The notes below the pieces were generated by a model. The model ran no database searches. It was not told where the DNA came from and saw only the letters and a program-made list of their open reading frames with translations. A stretch of DNA of 64,000 nucleotides from Marsupella aquatica. Its lineage: Eukaryota > Plantae > Marchantiophyta. The position numbers were made by a program, and so were the translations under genes. Positions within the stretch are counted from its first letter, which is position 1, and every line of letters starts with the position of its first letter. Shown here piece after piece: positions 38,168 to 51,082 of the stretch. Location of the stretch: assembly GCA_973895155.1 (NCBI GenBank), contig OZ316894.1, forward strand, positions 26,273,240 through 26,337,239, written 5' to 3'.

Positions 38168-40409
38168 CTACATATACAAATCATGTCTATGGAGAGGCTT
38201 TTTCGCCGTGAAACTCTTACCTGCTTCAACAAAATCTACGTGAGCACCCTGCGGTAAGACCTTCAGTAGATTGGAGAGGAAAGCAACTAACATTTTCACT
38301 AGCCCGGAGTCATCTTCCGGCCAAGTAAGAAGCAAACGTCCTTTCAGCTCCTGCAGTTGGCACTGTTGTTGGCACCAATGAATAGTTAGTCTCCAAGAAA
38401 ACGTGGTACCGAGCTCGAATTCGATTCAAATAGCCTTAAACGTATGACTTCAAAGCCACTAGCACCACAAACAACTAAGCATACGACAGAAATAATCTCA
38501 ATGACATGATTTTATGGATCAAATCAGGTTCAAGGTGACGGCCTTATACAATGAGAGCAAAAAAAGATCAGTCTCACTTACATGTGTGAGTAAGGCTGCT
38601 GCCAAACCATCAACCAAGCTTCCGGAAGGGTAATAAGGGGCGCCTAGCTCAGATTGCTTGTCCTCCAGCTGCACACAAGGACATAAGTCAATTACGAAGA
38701 ACAGATGCTGACACGTAAATAGGCAGCGGGTTATTAATGCATAAGTAAGCCCTCAAACGCCAGCATGGACGGCAGGAATCAGACAACAACTATTCCTCAA
38801 GTCATTTATTGGAACATCTATTCAAATACCTACACATTTCAATTGGTAGGGTCACCCATTCTACCTTTTGCTGATCTGTATTCAGCACAAACAGCATAGG
38901 TTCATCCACTGATAGTTTCCCTCTGAAGTGACGGATGGGTGTATTCTCTATGACAAGAACTCTGCAATACAAATAATCAAGTCATAGATGAGAGACCTGA
39001 GACTACCTCGAGGGACAACAAAAGACTACCCTAAAAATTCCACAATACCAGATTCTAGCAAACCTTGCCCGCCTTGTATAGTCATGAACAGACAAGGCAG
39101 AAAGATTTGAAGACTGAACACCAAAAAGGTTTCTAGACGCGGAAGGAAATTATCAGCAAAAGAAAATTACTTCTTGAAGCAAGAAGGACTACATAACATG
39201 CACCAGTCTCAGAATTACAGCGCAAGGACTCACACCGCCAAAGGACTCACACCGCCAAAGGAGTCAAATGTCAATTTCTGCATGGAATGTAATTTGATGC
39301 AATGCTTTTGACAGAACCCACACCTTTCAGCTGCAAAAAGCTTAAAGAGAAACTTGGTCCAAACGCTTGAGGTCTCGACGGGAACCATGTATTGCACAGA
39401 GACCAGAATGATTGCATGATCCGGTTCGCATGAAAATAAGTAGCAGGCTCTGTCTTTTGGACTTGGATCCGAAGTTGTCCTTGCCTGCAATTCAGAAAGT
39501 CCAAGTTAACAACTGAAGAATTCTGCTTTCGGGCGACGTCCGGCAAAAGGAAGACCACTAGTATTCGGTGACGCGAGGTTTAGGGTCAAGGTAGATATTT
39601 AATAAATGGATCGCCGGAAATTGACGTACCGTAGAGGTTCCAGGTAAGAGAATGTTGCCAATTGTAGTCTTGTTTGAAAGATTGTGTATCAAATTAATAC
39701 CCACTTTCGAGAGTGCTACAATCAATAACTGGTGCCTCAGCTTGCCAGACTGCAGTTTCTCGACAACTGAAGGTGCCCACTGCCATCAGCACACAACGAT
39801 GTTGGATCATTGCCCCGCCCAAGACATATACCTGCGCCCAGGTTAGATATTTAGCTCCAATGCTATTCTCGCCTAACGCGAATCCGGACCATTTACCACA
39901 TCGTGAGTCACATGAATCGGAGACAAAGGATAAAGAAGAAATGACATGGACGGTTTCTAGGTTAGTCTTATTGTAACCTTTAGCTCAGGAGCTAACATTC
40001 CTCAGTCAAATCCGAAAAGTTGACCCGTATGTTGTTTTTCATTCAACAGACATAAAAGTATGTTCTCGCGGAAGCAACCCCTTTCTGTGGGTTTCTAGCC
40101 TCCAAACACCTTGCTGCAATTTGGCGATTTCAATTTTGCGCGCAATATGTTTCTCGAAACAGATTCATTCTCTCTAAACCCAAATTCTAAGAGTCGGACA
40201 CAAAGGTGCATCGCGCACCCTTGAGACACTGAACCCTATGTTTCAAAGACGAACCACGATTATAAAGAACTTCCAGACTTTAGAAAGTGTACCTCAACCG
40301 AAGGCGGCGTCAGATCAATAATGTCCGTGGGCTCAAAGCTGTTGAGCTCTTCCGGATCGAATCGTGACGGTGGAGGCTCTTCAGTTAGCGGATCACGCAT
40401 GCCCGCCAT
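38168..40409 (-). CDS. PBAC1: Proteasome assembly chaperone 1 (PBAC1 / PSMG1-like), 268 aa, 6 exons
   Basis: Exons 40409-40293, 39779-39630, 39484-39324, 38961-38865, 38668-38582, 38362-38168 (807 nt, in phase). Motifs DPLTEEPPPSRF, LLIVALS, ILVSVQ, FRGKLSVDE, YYPSGSLVDGLAAALL, TWPE, and C-terminal HbYX tail LYM. Mostly missed by the ORF track. Confidence 0.85.
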
Positions 40410-40544
40410 TTTCTTTCCCCTTCACTCACTGCACAGCCTCCGACCGGCTCAACCTTCTTACCCACCTCTCTGCTCCCGTGCACTCGACTGAAACGAAAGA
40501 AGTCTACTATCTCGCTGAAAACTGTACCCAGCAGGGCTTGGTAG

Positions 40545-40572
40545 TAGGGTTTAGGGAGGTAATTAGGGTTTT
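40545..40572 (-). promoter_or_regulatory. Two telo-box-like motifs (AAACCCTA) upstream of PBAC1
   Basis: TAGGGTTT at about 40545 and 40564, 140-160 bp before the ATG. Confidence 0.45.
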
Positions 40573-41097
40573 GGAATGCTCTTCGTTACTACGAGCATCA
40601 CGTCCTCACGAACAGATACAACTTGTGGGGATCTTGATTTGTACTTCGAATTGCAATTCTGCAATGACAATTCACGAAAGAGTACTAGGCAGAGACGGAG
40701 TGCGCAGCTCAATCTAATCAGGCCGATTAAAAAAAAGATTTCTGGAATGTTACAATCGGGTCAGTCCAGCTTTCAATCAATCCAGCAAGCAAAGGCAAGA
40801 GAGACAAGTCGCGTGGAGAAGACAAGACGGGACGCGACGGGCAGCTTGTACAATATGTGACGACTCCACCAATGTTATATCCCTCTTGTCCTCCGTCACA
40901 AGCCAGGATTAGATTGCCTCACAATCTGTCCATGAATCAATCCTTTGTTCTGGCTCCGTGTATCGTCAATCCCGCACATCGACAGTCAGGATGACTCGAC
41001 GAAGAACGACGTGTACATTCATGCTTCTGTTGGGCAGCTCCTCCATCTGGCTAAGCAGGTTTGGGTTTGTCAATCATCTATTGGTTAAGTTGAATTA

Positions 41098-41227
41098 GGG
41101 TGGCTTTACAAGACGTGGGGGCTAGTTTATATATACTTTCATTTGGTTTCATTGCTTTTCTAACTAGGGTGCCTTCACAAGACGAGGGGGTCGTTTATAT
41201 ACTTTCATTTGGTTTCAATGCTTTTCT
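41098..41227. repeat. Two-copy tandem duplication, about 70 bp
   Basis: GGGTG.CTT.ACAAGACG.GGGGG...TATACTTTCATTTGGTTTCA.TGCTTTTCT occurs twice. Confidence 0.85.
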
Positions 41228-41279
41228 CACGAGGCTAATCTCTCAACCATTCCAATCCGCACATAAATGTTTTCAAGAT

Positions 41280-41451
41280 GGTATTTGATTGATGGGACCC
41301 CAAAATGAAAAAGTGTTATTTGATATGATCCCGAGTGATCTAGATGGTTGATTAATTTTGATGTACCTTGAATCAACTTACCCAAAACCTCAGGGGTCAA
41401 GGGCCGTATCAAGTAACGCTTTTCCTTTTGAGTTCCCATTAAACAAATACC
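41280..41451 (-). mobile_element. MITE-like element, family B, copy 2 (inverted)
   Basis: TIRs GGTATTTGATTGATGGGA and TCCCATTAAACAAATACC. Internal CCCCAAAATGAAAA..GTTATTTGAT...CAAAACCTCA resembles the reverse complement of 10975-11132. Confidence 0.6.
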
Positions 41452-43591
41452 TTTGTTTTCCAGTATTTTAATTGTGAGCCAAAGAGTTGACAAATTCAAT
41501 AGGCTTGGAGTGAAAGCATGTAAAACAAACTTGTTTCTGTTGAGAAGGAGTAAAAAGAAGACTTCTATAATGAAGAGAAACTTCCACCAAAATTATAAAT
41601 AAGGAAAGAACAAAGTACAATGAAAGGAGAGGAAAAGAGACCCAGAGAGGACAAACACCAAACAAAGAAAAAGAAAAGTAAGTGTAAATCCTAAAAAAGG
41701 AAGAATAGAAAGGGAAAAGTGTCAAACACTAGATGAGTGCAAACTCAATGACTAGTGTACACATTGGAAAATGTGACAAGAGCTAATGTTTCACATCCAA
41801 TGTAGTAACTAAATAAGGAATGAATAGTAAAGATATGAAAGAGGCAATACTTTTAAGTAAAGGACAACGTACAAAAGAGAAAAGGACAACAGGGCCTGTG
41901 AAAATGGGAATCCCACTTTTGCCTTAACCCAGGTTACAGGTAACTCATATGGTACCTGACCAGATGTGGACAGGGTTTGACCCATCTCCTTAGGCAGTAG
42001 TTGTGGGAAATGGCCCACTCAAAATTCCGTCCATTTCTGAAAATTCAGTTGCAGGCTTCACTTCGCAATGTCCACAATACCTTTGGAGGAAATGTTTGCA
42101 TTCTAATACCGTTCAATTTTGAAATCCTCCACATTCCTCATGTCTTTCTTGCTTTCTTCATGACCATTGCTTCCAGAGCTGTTGTATTACTCTCGGGCCT
42201 TCAAACCTGAAGAAGAGTTTTGGCTATGAACACTCAACACTAGACCATGTGGCTGGACAATGCCATTTCAGATTACTAGACTCCTAGTGCTGATACAAAT
42301 TCAGTAGCTCAATCGGGTGTAGCATGGAATTTAGACCTCATTCAATGTGCTTTGCACGAGACATGGCAAGAAATGGAGTGTTCTAGGGTAATGGCTTGGA
42401 GTCTTGACGTCTTTCAGGTGGAAGGTAGTCAAGTCATCAAGCTACCAAGGAGACCAGTTTGGTAATATAAATGAAACTGGCTGCAAATGCTAAGGACACT
42501 GCAAAGGATAAGGACGTTGTTTGTAGGTCACATTTAGGTCAAAAGTGTAACCATTGTAATTTGAGTTGATTCATGTTTTGAACAAGTCCATCCAAGCTTG
42601 GGCAGTTCATCTAGGCTATTGATGGTCCATACACACTTTAGTTTCTATTTTTTGAATTGGTAGCATGCATTTGTAAAAGATGAAATACAATTTTCTCATA
42701 TTTCTCCCTAAATAATTTTATGAAATTTGATATACCAATTATAGCATTCACTATACCAGTCACATAAAAACTATCAACTACGAGGGTGGTTTTTCACCAT
42801 CACTATTAACATTTTTTATTTTTACAATAGACAATATTTTTTCATTTTTTAAACAGAGAAAACTTAACCTTAGATGTCGTTGATATCTTTCTTTTGACTC
42901 CTATTGTACCTTATGAAATGGACAGATGAGATGGCTAGAACAAAAACAAATGAATGACCAAGATAGCAATGGATGACCAAGATAGCAAGAATTTGAGTTT
43001 AAATGGACGACCAAGATCTCAAGATTTGAACTACGCCAATAAGATAAAAGAGAGTTGTTTTTCTTTTTCCTTCGTACTCTGTATCGGTTGTAATTTTTTC
43101 CTACCGTAGATCTTCGCTGAGACCTTTTCTTTTGAGCCCGCGATTGCATCGGATGGTGGCGAGTAGGCGTAGGGGCGAGAGCGAATCCGACGGCTGTTGG
43201 GAGGCTTCCAAAGAGAGCCTCGCGTTCATCGAGGGAAGAATCATTTTCGAATGAGCAGACCCGAACGTTGGTTTTGCTTTTGCTGTCTCTGAAGACAGAC
43301 GCGAATGAGTATTCTCGGTAATGAGCTGAAGCTCGTGCAGACTCGAACGTTGGTTTTGCGATCTCTGATTGTCACGCATGAGCATCCTCGGTAATGAGAA
43401 CTGCAGACCCGAACCCACTGCATCCGTTTCGGCCGACGGATTTCACAGAAGTTTCTAGGAGCTCCACTGGGAGAGTGACCACGAGCTGACGGTATTATTA
43501 TTGGGTTGGAAAAGTTACATAAGGTGTCCCAGTCCTGTGATTGACAGTGCCGTTAAATTCCAGTGGAACCGAGGGGCTGAGAATTGAGGCT

Positions 43592-46500
43592 ATGGAGGCA
43601 GGAGGACATACAGAAGTGGTAGATACAGGGGAGAAGGACCAGAAAGAGGTGATTCCGGTCGCTCCGATGGTCATTCCTGGACGGGAGCAGAAGCAGGGAG
43701 TGAAGAGGACTCGGCGAGATAGAGGCTCCACTGCGAAGGAAAGAATAAGTAAAATGCCTCCTTGTGCTGCCGGCAAGCGAAGTTCCATCTATCGAGGAGT
43801 TACAAGGTCAGTTCTCGATTCCTATGGAAAGAACAGGAGCAATTCCTTCATTCATTGCGCAACGACATTGACAGTGTACAGCACGTTTTGACTTACACGG
43901 AAGGGATTTGGAGTTAGCGGAGTCGAACGAGCCGCACCTAGGAGTGCTGAACAAACTTCATCATAGCTAATGTCATTATTCGTCACTCGGTCTACCTATC
44001 TAAGTCTCTTTCTGTAAGCTGTACAGAGAGATTTGTGGATTCTGGATCTGCCCTCTGGACTCGCATTCTCGAAATCGGTGGGGTCAAGAGAACTGACATG
44101 AGCGGGATGGAAGCAACGGGTTCAAATGGAAGGGCATGGATACATTAAACAAATTTGTCTCCTCGAATTGGCATAGAACAGATGAATTATGTGGGACAGA
44201 GTTATTTCACATGCGAAGCTCAGAGGGCTGTAATTTTACCATATTCGAGTTGCCGATATTCGGAGTCTACAGGGTGTGAAGAAGAGCCGAAGACTTCACA
44301 GAAAGGGATAGATTACGCTCGATTGGTAGCTTCATATTTGCTTTCGCTAGTTCACAGAAACGGATAGATGCTACTCGGTTGCTAGCCTCCAACTTTGCTT
44401 CGCTAGACGGACTTTCGTGATTAAGCTTCGTAGCCAAGTGACAATCACGTTGGTGAATCTCGTAAGTAATGTGGAAAGGTGCCGATTCCAAATATGCAAC
44501 CGGGTCTAACTCTCCGCGACAAGTAACAACAGGCATTGAAGTAAATTTCCAAGCGATAGCGCCCTTGAAGTTCGGCTTGGGGATGGAGACTGTATTACCT
44601 TGCTTGAGGGCGACAGATGATGTTGTGAGGAATAATCCGTCTGACCAAAATTTTAAGGGCCTGTGATGGTGCCGAGTGCAGGGACAGGGAATCCCGCAAT
44701 TAATCTGTTTACATGAATTGTGGGCTTTTGATTCCAGGCATAGATGGACAGGTCGTTATGAAGCTCATTTGTGGGACAAGAGTACTTGGAATCAGTCACA
44801 GAACAAGAAGGGAAAGCAAGGTAAGTTTGGCAAAGACCTGTCTTCTCGTAAGGCTAATAATTCTGTCGTAGACGAGGTCAAGTCATTTTGTGCTGGCAGG
44901 TTCGACGGCATGGAGAAGTACTCAATTTCAGGGTTGACACTAGCTTGTTCAGTAATTGTAGCCATGCGCGCTTGCCCTCTTGTTACCATTCGGAAAACAA
45001 GTTCTAACTCTTTCGTTGGTGGCTGGTTGCACTTTTCCCCTCGTCGAGCCACTCGGATCATACAGTTTACCTTGGTAAGTCGCCCGAATGTAGTCTTGTA
45101 CAAAGCTGTTCCTTAATTAAGGTAGGAAGAGCTTGTGCGAGTTGTCCCGTGCGGTTGATTTGCCGTCTTTGGGCATCGTTCTCTGTTGATTCCCTACTGG
45201 TGAATCCAGGTGCCTATGACGAGGAGGAAGCTGCAGCGCGCGCGTACGATCTGGCCGCTCTCAGATACTGGGGCCCAGGAACTCTCATTAATTTCCCCTT
45301 GTCCGACTACGCACGGGACGTCGAGGAGATGCAGAATGTCACTCGAGAGGAGTACTTAGCGTCGTTGAGGAGGTGGGTCACAAGTCTTCACTTCTTCAAC
45401 GAATTCCCGTAGGATTGGGGATTATCCTTAAACCCTGCTCCTGCTTAAGCCCTGCTCCTGCTGACTTTGTTACATGGACATCTGGGGAGGAAAACGAATC
45501 TACACGGTGCATATAGTACTAGAGATTCCTAATGAGATTCTGAAAATGTTGCTCAGTGAATCAGTTTTCGATTGAGCCATGCTGTATATCTACAGAAAGA
45601 AGATGCCGACGGTGGAAACTGACGTTGGCTCAATGTGATCAACCTCAGGAAGAGTAGTGGATTTTCGCGAGGAGTCTCCAAATATCGTGGAGTAGCCAGA
45701 CATCATCATAATGGACGTTGGGAGGCACGAATTGGGCGGGTCTTTGGCAACAAATACCTATATTTGGGAACCTACAGTGAGTACATTCCTCCTTTCGATT
45801 GCACATCAGATTACGACCCTTAGTCAGGACACATGATTGTTTGCGAGGAAACGTATTCCATTTGCAATCCTTGGAGCGACGTGACGACAAGTTGAGACTC
45901 AAGGTGCATAAATTTATTTTTAAGGAGCTTCAAGCAAATACTGTAGTTATCAATTACAAGTAGCGTAGATGACAACGGCAGCCAGATAATTTTGTGGTAC
46001 ATCGCGTTGGGTTCACAGAAGGTTTGGTAAGTTTCCGTTTATCCAACTGTCAAATGGTGTATGAACTAACCGGACACGCAGAAGAGGGCATGAGTGTATC
46101 TGCTAAATACGGTGGATGATGAAGAATTTGATTGTGCTGTGAAAATGTCTTTGGTGTATCGATTGTTGACGGATAAATGAGCGCAGGCACGCAGGAGGAG
46201 GCCGCGGCAGCCTACGACATGGCTGCAATCGAGTACAGAGGCCTGAGTGCGATTACCAACTTCGATCTCAGCCGCTATATACGGTGGCTTCGTCCCGGAC
46301 AGAACAGTCTTGCATTTCCAGAAAGCGATGTTACTCTTTCTTCGACTGCAGCAGCGACAGGAGGAGACGACTCCCATGTCGCTACGGAAGAGAACGGCGC
46401 CCAGGGCGAGCATCAGCAACTTCCAGTGTTTCCAACAGGATCCTCGGGTCCGTTCTACAGGGGTCTTGGGCCCGTAATCACACAGGATCAATCTTCCAGT

Positions 46501-47103
46501 TCTCCCACTGCCCTCAGCCTTCTTCTGCAGTCCCCGGTGTTCATTCAAATGCTGGCGCGTGCCTCTGCTGCTGCCCCAACGGAGAACGAGTCCAATTGTA
46601 CCGACCCTTCTGAGGTTTCTAATCTCACCGAGCAGCAACAGAAGCAGCATGAACAGCACCATAGCCAGCAGCAGCAGCTTGAAAACAACAACCCGCTTTA
46701 CCCTGTATGGGGTAAGCAAGTGGGTCATCAACAAAATCCTTTATCCTCTTTAATTGAGCACGAAGGATCGGTCTATCAGAAACATGAACATTCCTCGCAC
46801 CCTTATCATCAGTCCATGACAACCAATATCGAGTCAAATTACCAAATTGTTGTAGGCCGCCACTATGCAGAACTGGACGACCGGAAGCAGCAGAATGCGC
46901 AGCGCTATAAGGAGCTTCATGATCAGCAGCATCAAGACCACCCTGCTGCGGCAGCCTACGGTCGCTACTCCGGATCCCATGACCCTGTCTCCGCCCTGTA
47001 CACTGAGCAGGAGTCCGGTGCAGCTAGTGCTTCTCTAGAAGACGGAAGCTGGGCTTTCCCAAGTGTGCTTTCTTTGTCCAATACTATTATAAGCACGTGC
47101 TAG
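43592..47103 (+). CDS. AP2-family transcription factor, SMOS1-like (basal ANT/WRI lineage), 504 aa, 6 exons including a 9-nt micro-exon
   Basis: Exons 43592-43806, 44738-44820, 45066-45074, 45210-45372, 45649-45776, 46187-47103 (1515 nt). [45 protein letters not shown] and [11 protein letters not shown] match the SMOS1/At2g41710 group as I recall it. The second AP2 repeat is intact. Q/H-rich C-terminus. Confidence 0.9.
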
Positions 47104-48341
47104 AACGAGTTCCGTTCACGTCCAAATGATTCGCAAGTCAGCGGCTGGACCTTCTCAACTGTGCTTCCAGCAATTCTGCAGTTGCTAGGTAGTGAGCAAC
47201 CGATGGGACTTTCTCTTTGGTCCCTCGATGTCCTTCTTGCAGGGGTTGCTTAGGATGACCGAAATGTGTGGAAGAAGTGGCTTCATCGACCCAGTCTCAG
47301 TCTCGCGCGTGAGGTTGTGCATGCATGGATCAAGGGCGAATGATCCACCAACAATTATACACTGATTTTTTACTGAAAACTAACTAGTAGACTTCTCTTT
47401 CTTCGAGTGTCGACTTTTCAGAGATCACATAGTGAACCATTGGTATACTTAAGCTTACTACTAGCACGATCTCGCATCGTATCATCATTTGTGATCAACT
47501 TTCGGCCTAGACACTTGAGTTCATCAAATGTGCCTATATACGTAACACAGATTTGAAACCACAGCTAGGGACTTTAGCGGAAATCAATTCTGCGCACTCG
47601 GCACGGACCCATCTAAACAGATTCCTTCCATAGTCACACAACAGCACCCACGACGGTGTCAACACTTCATCAGTTACTACAGTATTAGTATGCTCAGCAA
47701 CCACGTAGGAAAAAGTAGTTTCCACAAGTTGGAATTATTTCGGGGTTGACAAAGAGACCCCAGACCTGCGCGCATAACTGTAGGTGCAGCGTCCAGTATT
47801 TGTACCAGTCTATATAGAGCAACAAACACTTTATCGAAAGAGCTTCACTCATTTATTTTCACAATGTTCTCATGCACCGAAGAGTCTACATATCCTGGTG
47901 TCTACCAGTCTAGACTGCTGTCCCTCACTTGCAACAACGCAAAGCCTTCGATTTACCTATTAACGAGGTTTGTGTTTCCTGCAGGGTAATGACTTTGAAT
48001 TTCTGTTTTACCTCTTCCTTATGGATCCAACCCTTAAGTATCGATTTACCCTAATGGACTCCTAGCGACGCCAACCTCTACGGTCGGTGCGTCTGGGCAT
48101 TTTTGTTGGCCCTCGCAAACCACAAGCCAGCCCTACGTTGCTCTGTTGATTATCAATAATTCCGACGAGAAACGTTGTTTACAGACTGCTTTGGAAACGG
48201 ATGTGCTGGATTTTAGGCTTTCTTTCGACATAGTTCTGGTTGTAATGATGCTTCATTTCACGTCAGTATTATTTTTGACACCAAATCACCTAACCTGGAA
48301 GTCGTAATTGTCGTATTTCGATTTTGATCTGTTCCCAAGTT

Positions 48342-48438
48342 GATGAGCTGATAGGTAGTAATTTCCCATTGACAGGCTTCTTCCACTTCCCATTTCTGAT
48401 GAGCTGATAGATTGTAATTTTCCATTGATAGGCTTCTT
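48342..48438. repeat. Two-copy tandem duplication, about 57 bp period
   Basis: GATGAGCTGATAG...GTAATTT.CCATTGA.AGGCTTCTT occurs twice. Confidence 0.8.
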
Positions 48439-48739
48439 GCTGTAATGATGGCTGAGTTCATGTGGCTACGATTTCACCGCAAATCTGAATGAGCTGGAAA
48501 TCTCAATTCTCTTGTTATAATTTTGGTCAGATATAACATCTTAATCCTCCTATTTCAATTTCCGATCTGTTCTGATTTTGATCAGCTGTCAGATCATAAC
48601 TGCTTTGAGAATCAAGAGGCTCGTCTACCACAGTGGAGAGAACTAACAACTAAAGCACTCAGTCCACCAACATTCTCAGCAAACTATGTGTAAAAATAGA
48701 GCAGCTCAAAATTTTTTATCCAAGCACATCAATAGGTTT

Positions 48740-49900
48740 ATGGAAGGAAGCCGAAAATGGTTCTGAGTTTCAATTGAATACAAACAAATTCCATGCCCAC
48801 CGATCTCCTCAATTTCATTTCCTGCCATATCAGTCGATCCATGGAAAGCATGAGAGTTTCAATTCATAGAGTGGAGAAGACTTCTTCTAATTCAACTCAT
48901 TGAAGCCGAAGATCAGGTGACCTCTCGTTGCCCACATGTGAGCAATTAGATCATTATTTACGCAAGGTGCAATGACCAAGAACATCTTCAATCTGTGCAG
49001 TGGCATCTAAAACCTCCTTCCAACCCATAGCAATTCTAGTATTAGCTTGCCAGAAGCTGCTTTCCGAGCTCCCACTTGGATTTTGCAAACAGTTTCTTTG
49101 TATCACCCTGCAGCATTTGAAAAGTGGAGATAAACATGGTCCGCTCTGTGTAATATGCCAACCAGAAGGTAGTACTTGCTAGATCTCTTGACATTCACTG
49201 TGAAGTTCACCTGTTCAGCCCCGCGGCGTAAGAATTTATTCACATGTGGGGACCGGTCGATCACATTCATATTACTAATGCTTCCAGGTAACGAAAAAAA
49301 AGCATGCCATGTGCGCAAAGATTGATCACAAACAGCTTACAAGATGAGATCTTTCCCCTTCTGTGTTAATAAATATATATCCCGTGCCACACAACTCGAC
49401 AAGACAATGTTTCCACGTCACATGCATACAATCAAGGGATGCAAACACCCCTGGAAAGCCCCTTGCAGCGTAGATTTCCATTGTGCCTCCATATCTTCTT
49501 TCTTGGCTGCCGTAAATACTCCTAAAGATTTCATCATACTTTCCAAAGGCTGTGGAGCCAGAAAGTCTTCGGTACTCATCAATTTATGGCGCCAGCTGAT
49601 ATCCCAAGACATAGCATGCAGCAGCAGAGTAGCAGTGATCTTTTAAACGGAGGAGAGCAGAACTCCAGTAGCATCTCTGTCATGTGCACAAACTGCATCA
49701 TGGATTCTCCAAAAACAGTTGCCTCCTCATCCCATATCTCCTTCTGAAGTACAGGTTTGTGTACACTAGGTATTACTTTCAAGACCCTATCGAGTCCAGT
49801 TTTTCTCTCCCTGGCCTAGAACCACGTATGAGCCTTATTCTGTTACGCACGTGGCCCTGTCGTAAAAACTCTTTCTCATCAGGCCTCCTCTTGACCGAAC
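48740..49900 (-). mobile_element. Decayed PIF/Harbinger DDE transposase
   Basis: Minus-strand pieces YFRRRYGMRRQLF, RDATG, RGFPGVFASLDCMHVTWKHC, IL*AVCDQSLRTWHAFFSLPGSISNMNVIDRSP, VNFTVN, YYL match plant Harbinger transposases. Contains stops and frameshifts. Confidence 0.85.
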
Positions 49901-50499
49901 TCAGCCATCTCCTCCTCAAATTGAAGGTTCACGCTTCCTTCAACTCTCCAAAGACAATACCATCCCCTCTGCAACAACCTGCAACTCAAACGTACAATGT
50001 ACTCTAGCAAAAACTTTGAAGTGAGACACGAGAGTGGCCCCAAGCTAGATTTTGAACACGAAGAAACAAACGATATGGCAGTAGAAGAACTAAACCACGT
50101 CTCCTCGATACCTCAATCATTGAATCTACAACAAAACAGGGAACCAGGCAAATTTCGAGGCTCGCATGCGCGAAGCGCAAACCAAAATGAGCTTCGTGTG
50201 GGTCAGCGTGTATTCACGGTCTTCCAGAAGAAGTCGCTGGTCGAGAGGGTCAAGACAGTGCTGAAGTGCTGCTTGATGCACTGACTGAAGGTACTGTATA
50301 ATCCTTGCTGTGCACATGTTCACGTGGGCTCCCTTGCTGGCTTGCTGAGTTGTGTGCCCATCGATACTGTAGTTGTAGCAATTGTTGGAGACCTTCTACT
50401 AATCTACTGTACACATTCAAACTGGCTGAGAGCTGAGAGCTTCGACAGTTTCAAACTGGGTGTGGCGGGATGTGCTGCGTTGTTTGGTGGGGCACGTCC

Positions 50500-50605
50500 G
50501 GGAATTATGGCAAGCGGGTAGTGACCCTGCTTTCTGCACGAGTAATAAGGGGGGCTTGACAAGAGAGTGGGCGGGAATTATGGCAAGCGGGTAGTGACCC
50601 TGCTT
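50500..50605. repeat. Direct repeat, 33 bp, 74 bp period
   Basis: GGGAATTATGGCAAGCGGGTAGTGACCCTGCTT occurs twice. Confidence 0.85.
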
Positions 50606-50692
50606 GAGTGCTTCTATGCAGTGAGGGGGACTTTACAAAGTCTACAAGATGATGGGGCAGCCGTTCAGCGTCTCTCCTTCCAAAGCCAGGCT

Positions 50693-51082
50693 GATGGCCA
50701 CTTTCTTACACTAAAGTTAAAATGCCTGAACCAAAATGTCAAATGTGTGAAGGCCAGTTAAACTGCCTGAACCAAAAGTGTGTGATGGCCACTTTGTTAC
50801 ACTAAAGTTAAAATGCATGGGCCACTTTCTTACAGTAAAGTTAAAATGCCAAAGTTAAAATTGCATGGCCACTTTCTTACAGTAAAGTTAAAATGCCAAA
50901 GTTAAAATTGCATGGCCACTTTCTTACAGTAAAGTTAAAATGCCTGAACTAAAATGTGTGATGTCCACTTTCTTCCAGTAAAGTTAAAATGCATGCTACT
51001 TTCTTACACTAAAGTTAAAATGGCTGAACCAAAATGTGTGATGGCTACACTAAAGTTAAAAATGCCTGAACCAAAATGTGTG
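50693..51082. repeat. AT-rich tandem array, about 35-50 bp units, about 8 copies
   Basis: Repeating GGCCACTTTCTTACA(C/G)TAAAGTTAAAATGC, often followed by CTGAACCAAAATGTGTGA. Confidence 0.9.

Noticed and set aside
46066-46837. Minus-strand ORFs overlapping the last AP2 exon
   Set aside because: Antisense shadows of CAG-rich coding sequence.
50693-51082. Repeat array superficially like CRISPR
   Set aside because: Units are contiguous with no unique spacers, there are no cas genes and the context is eukaryotic.
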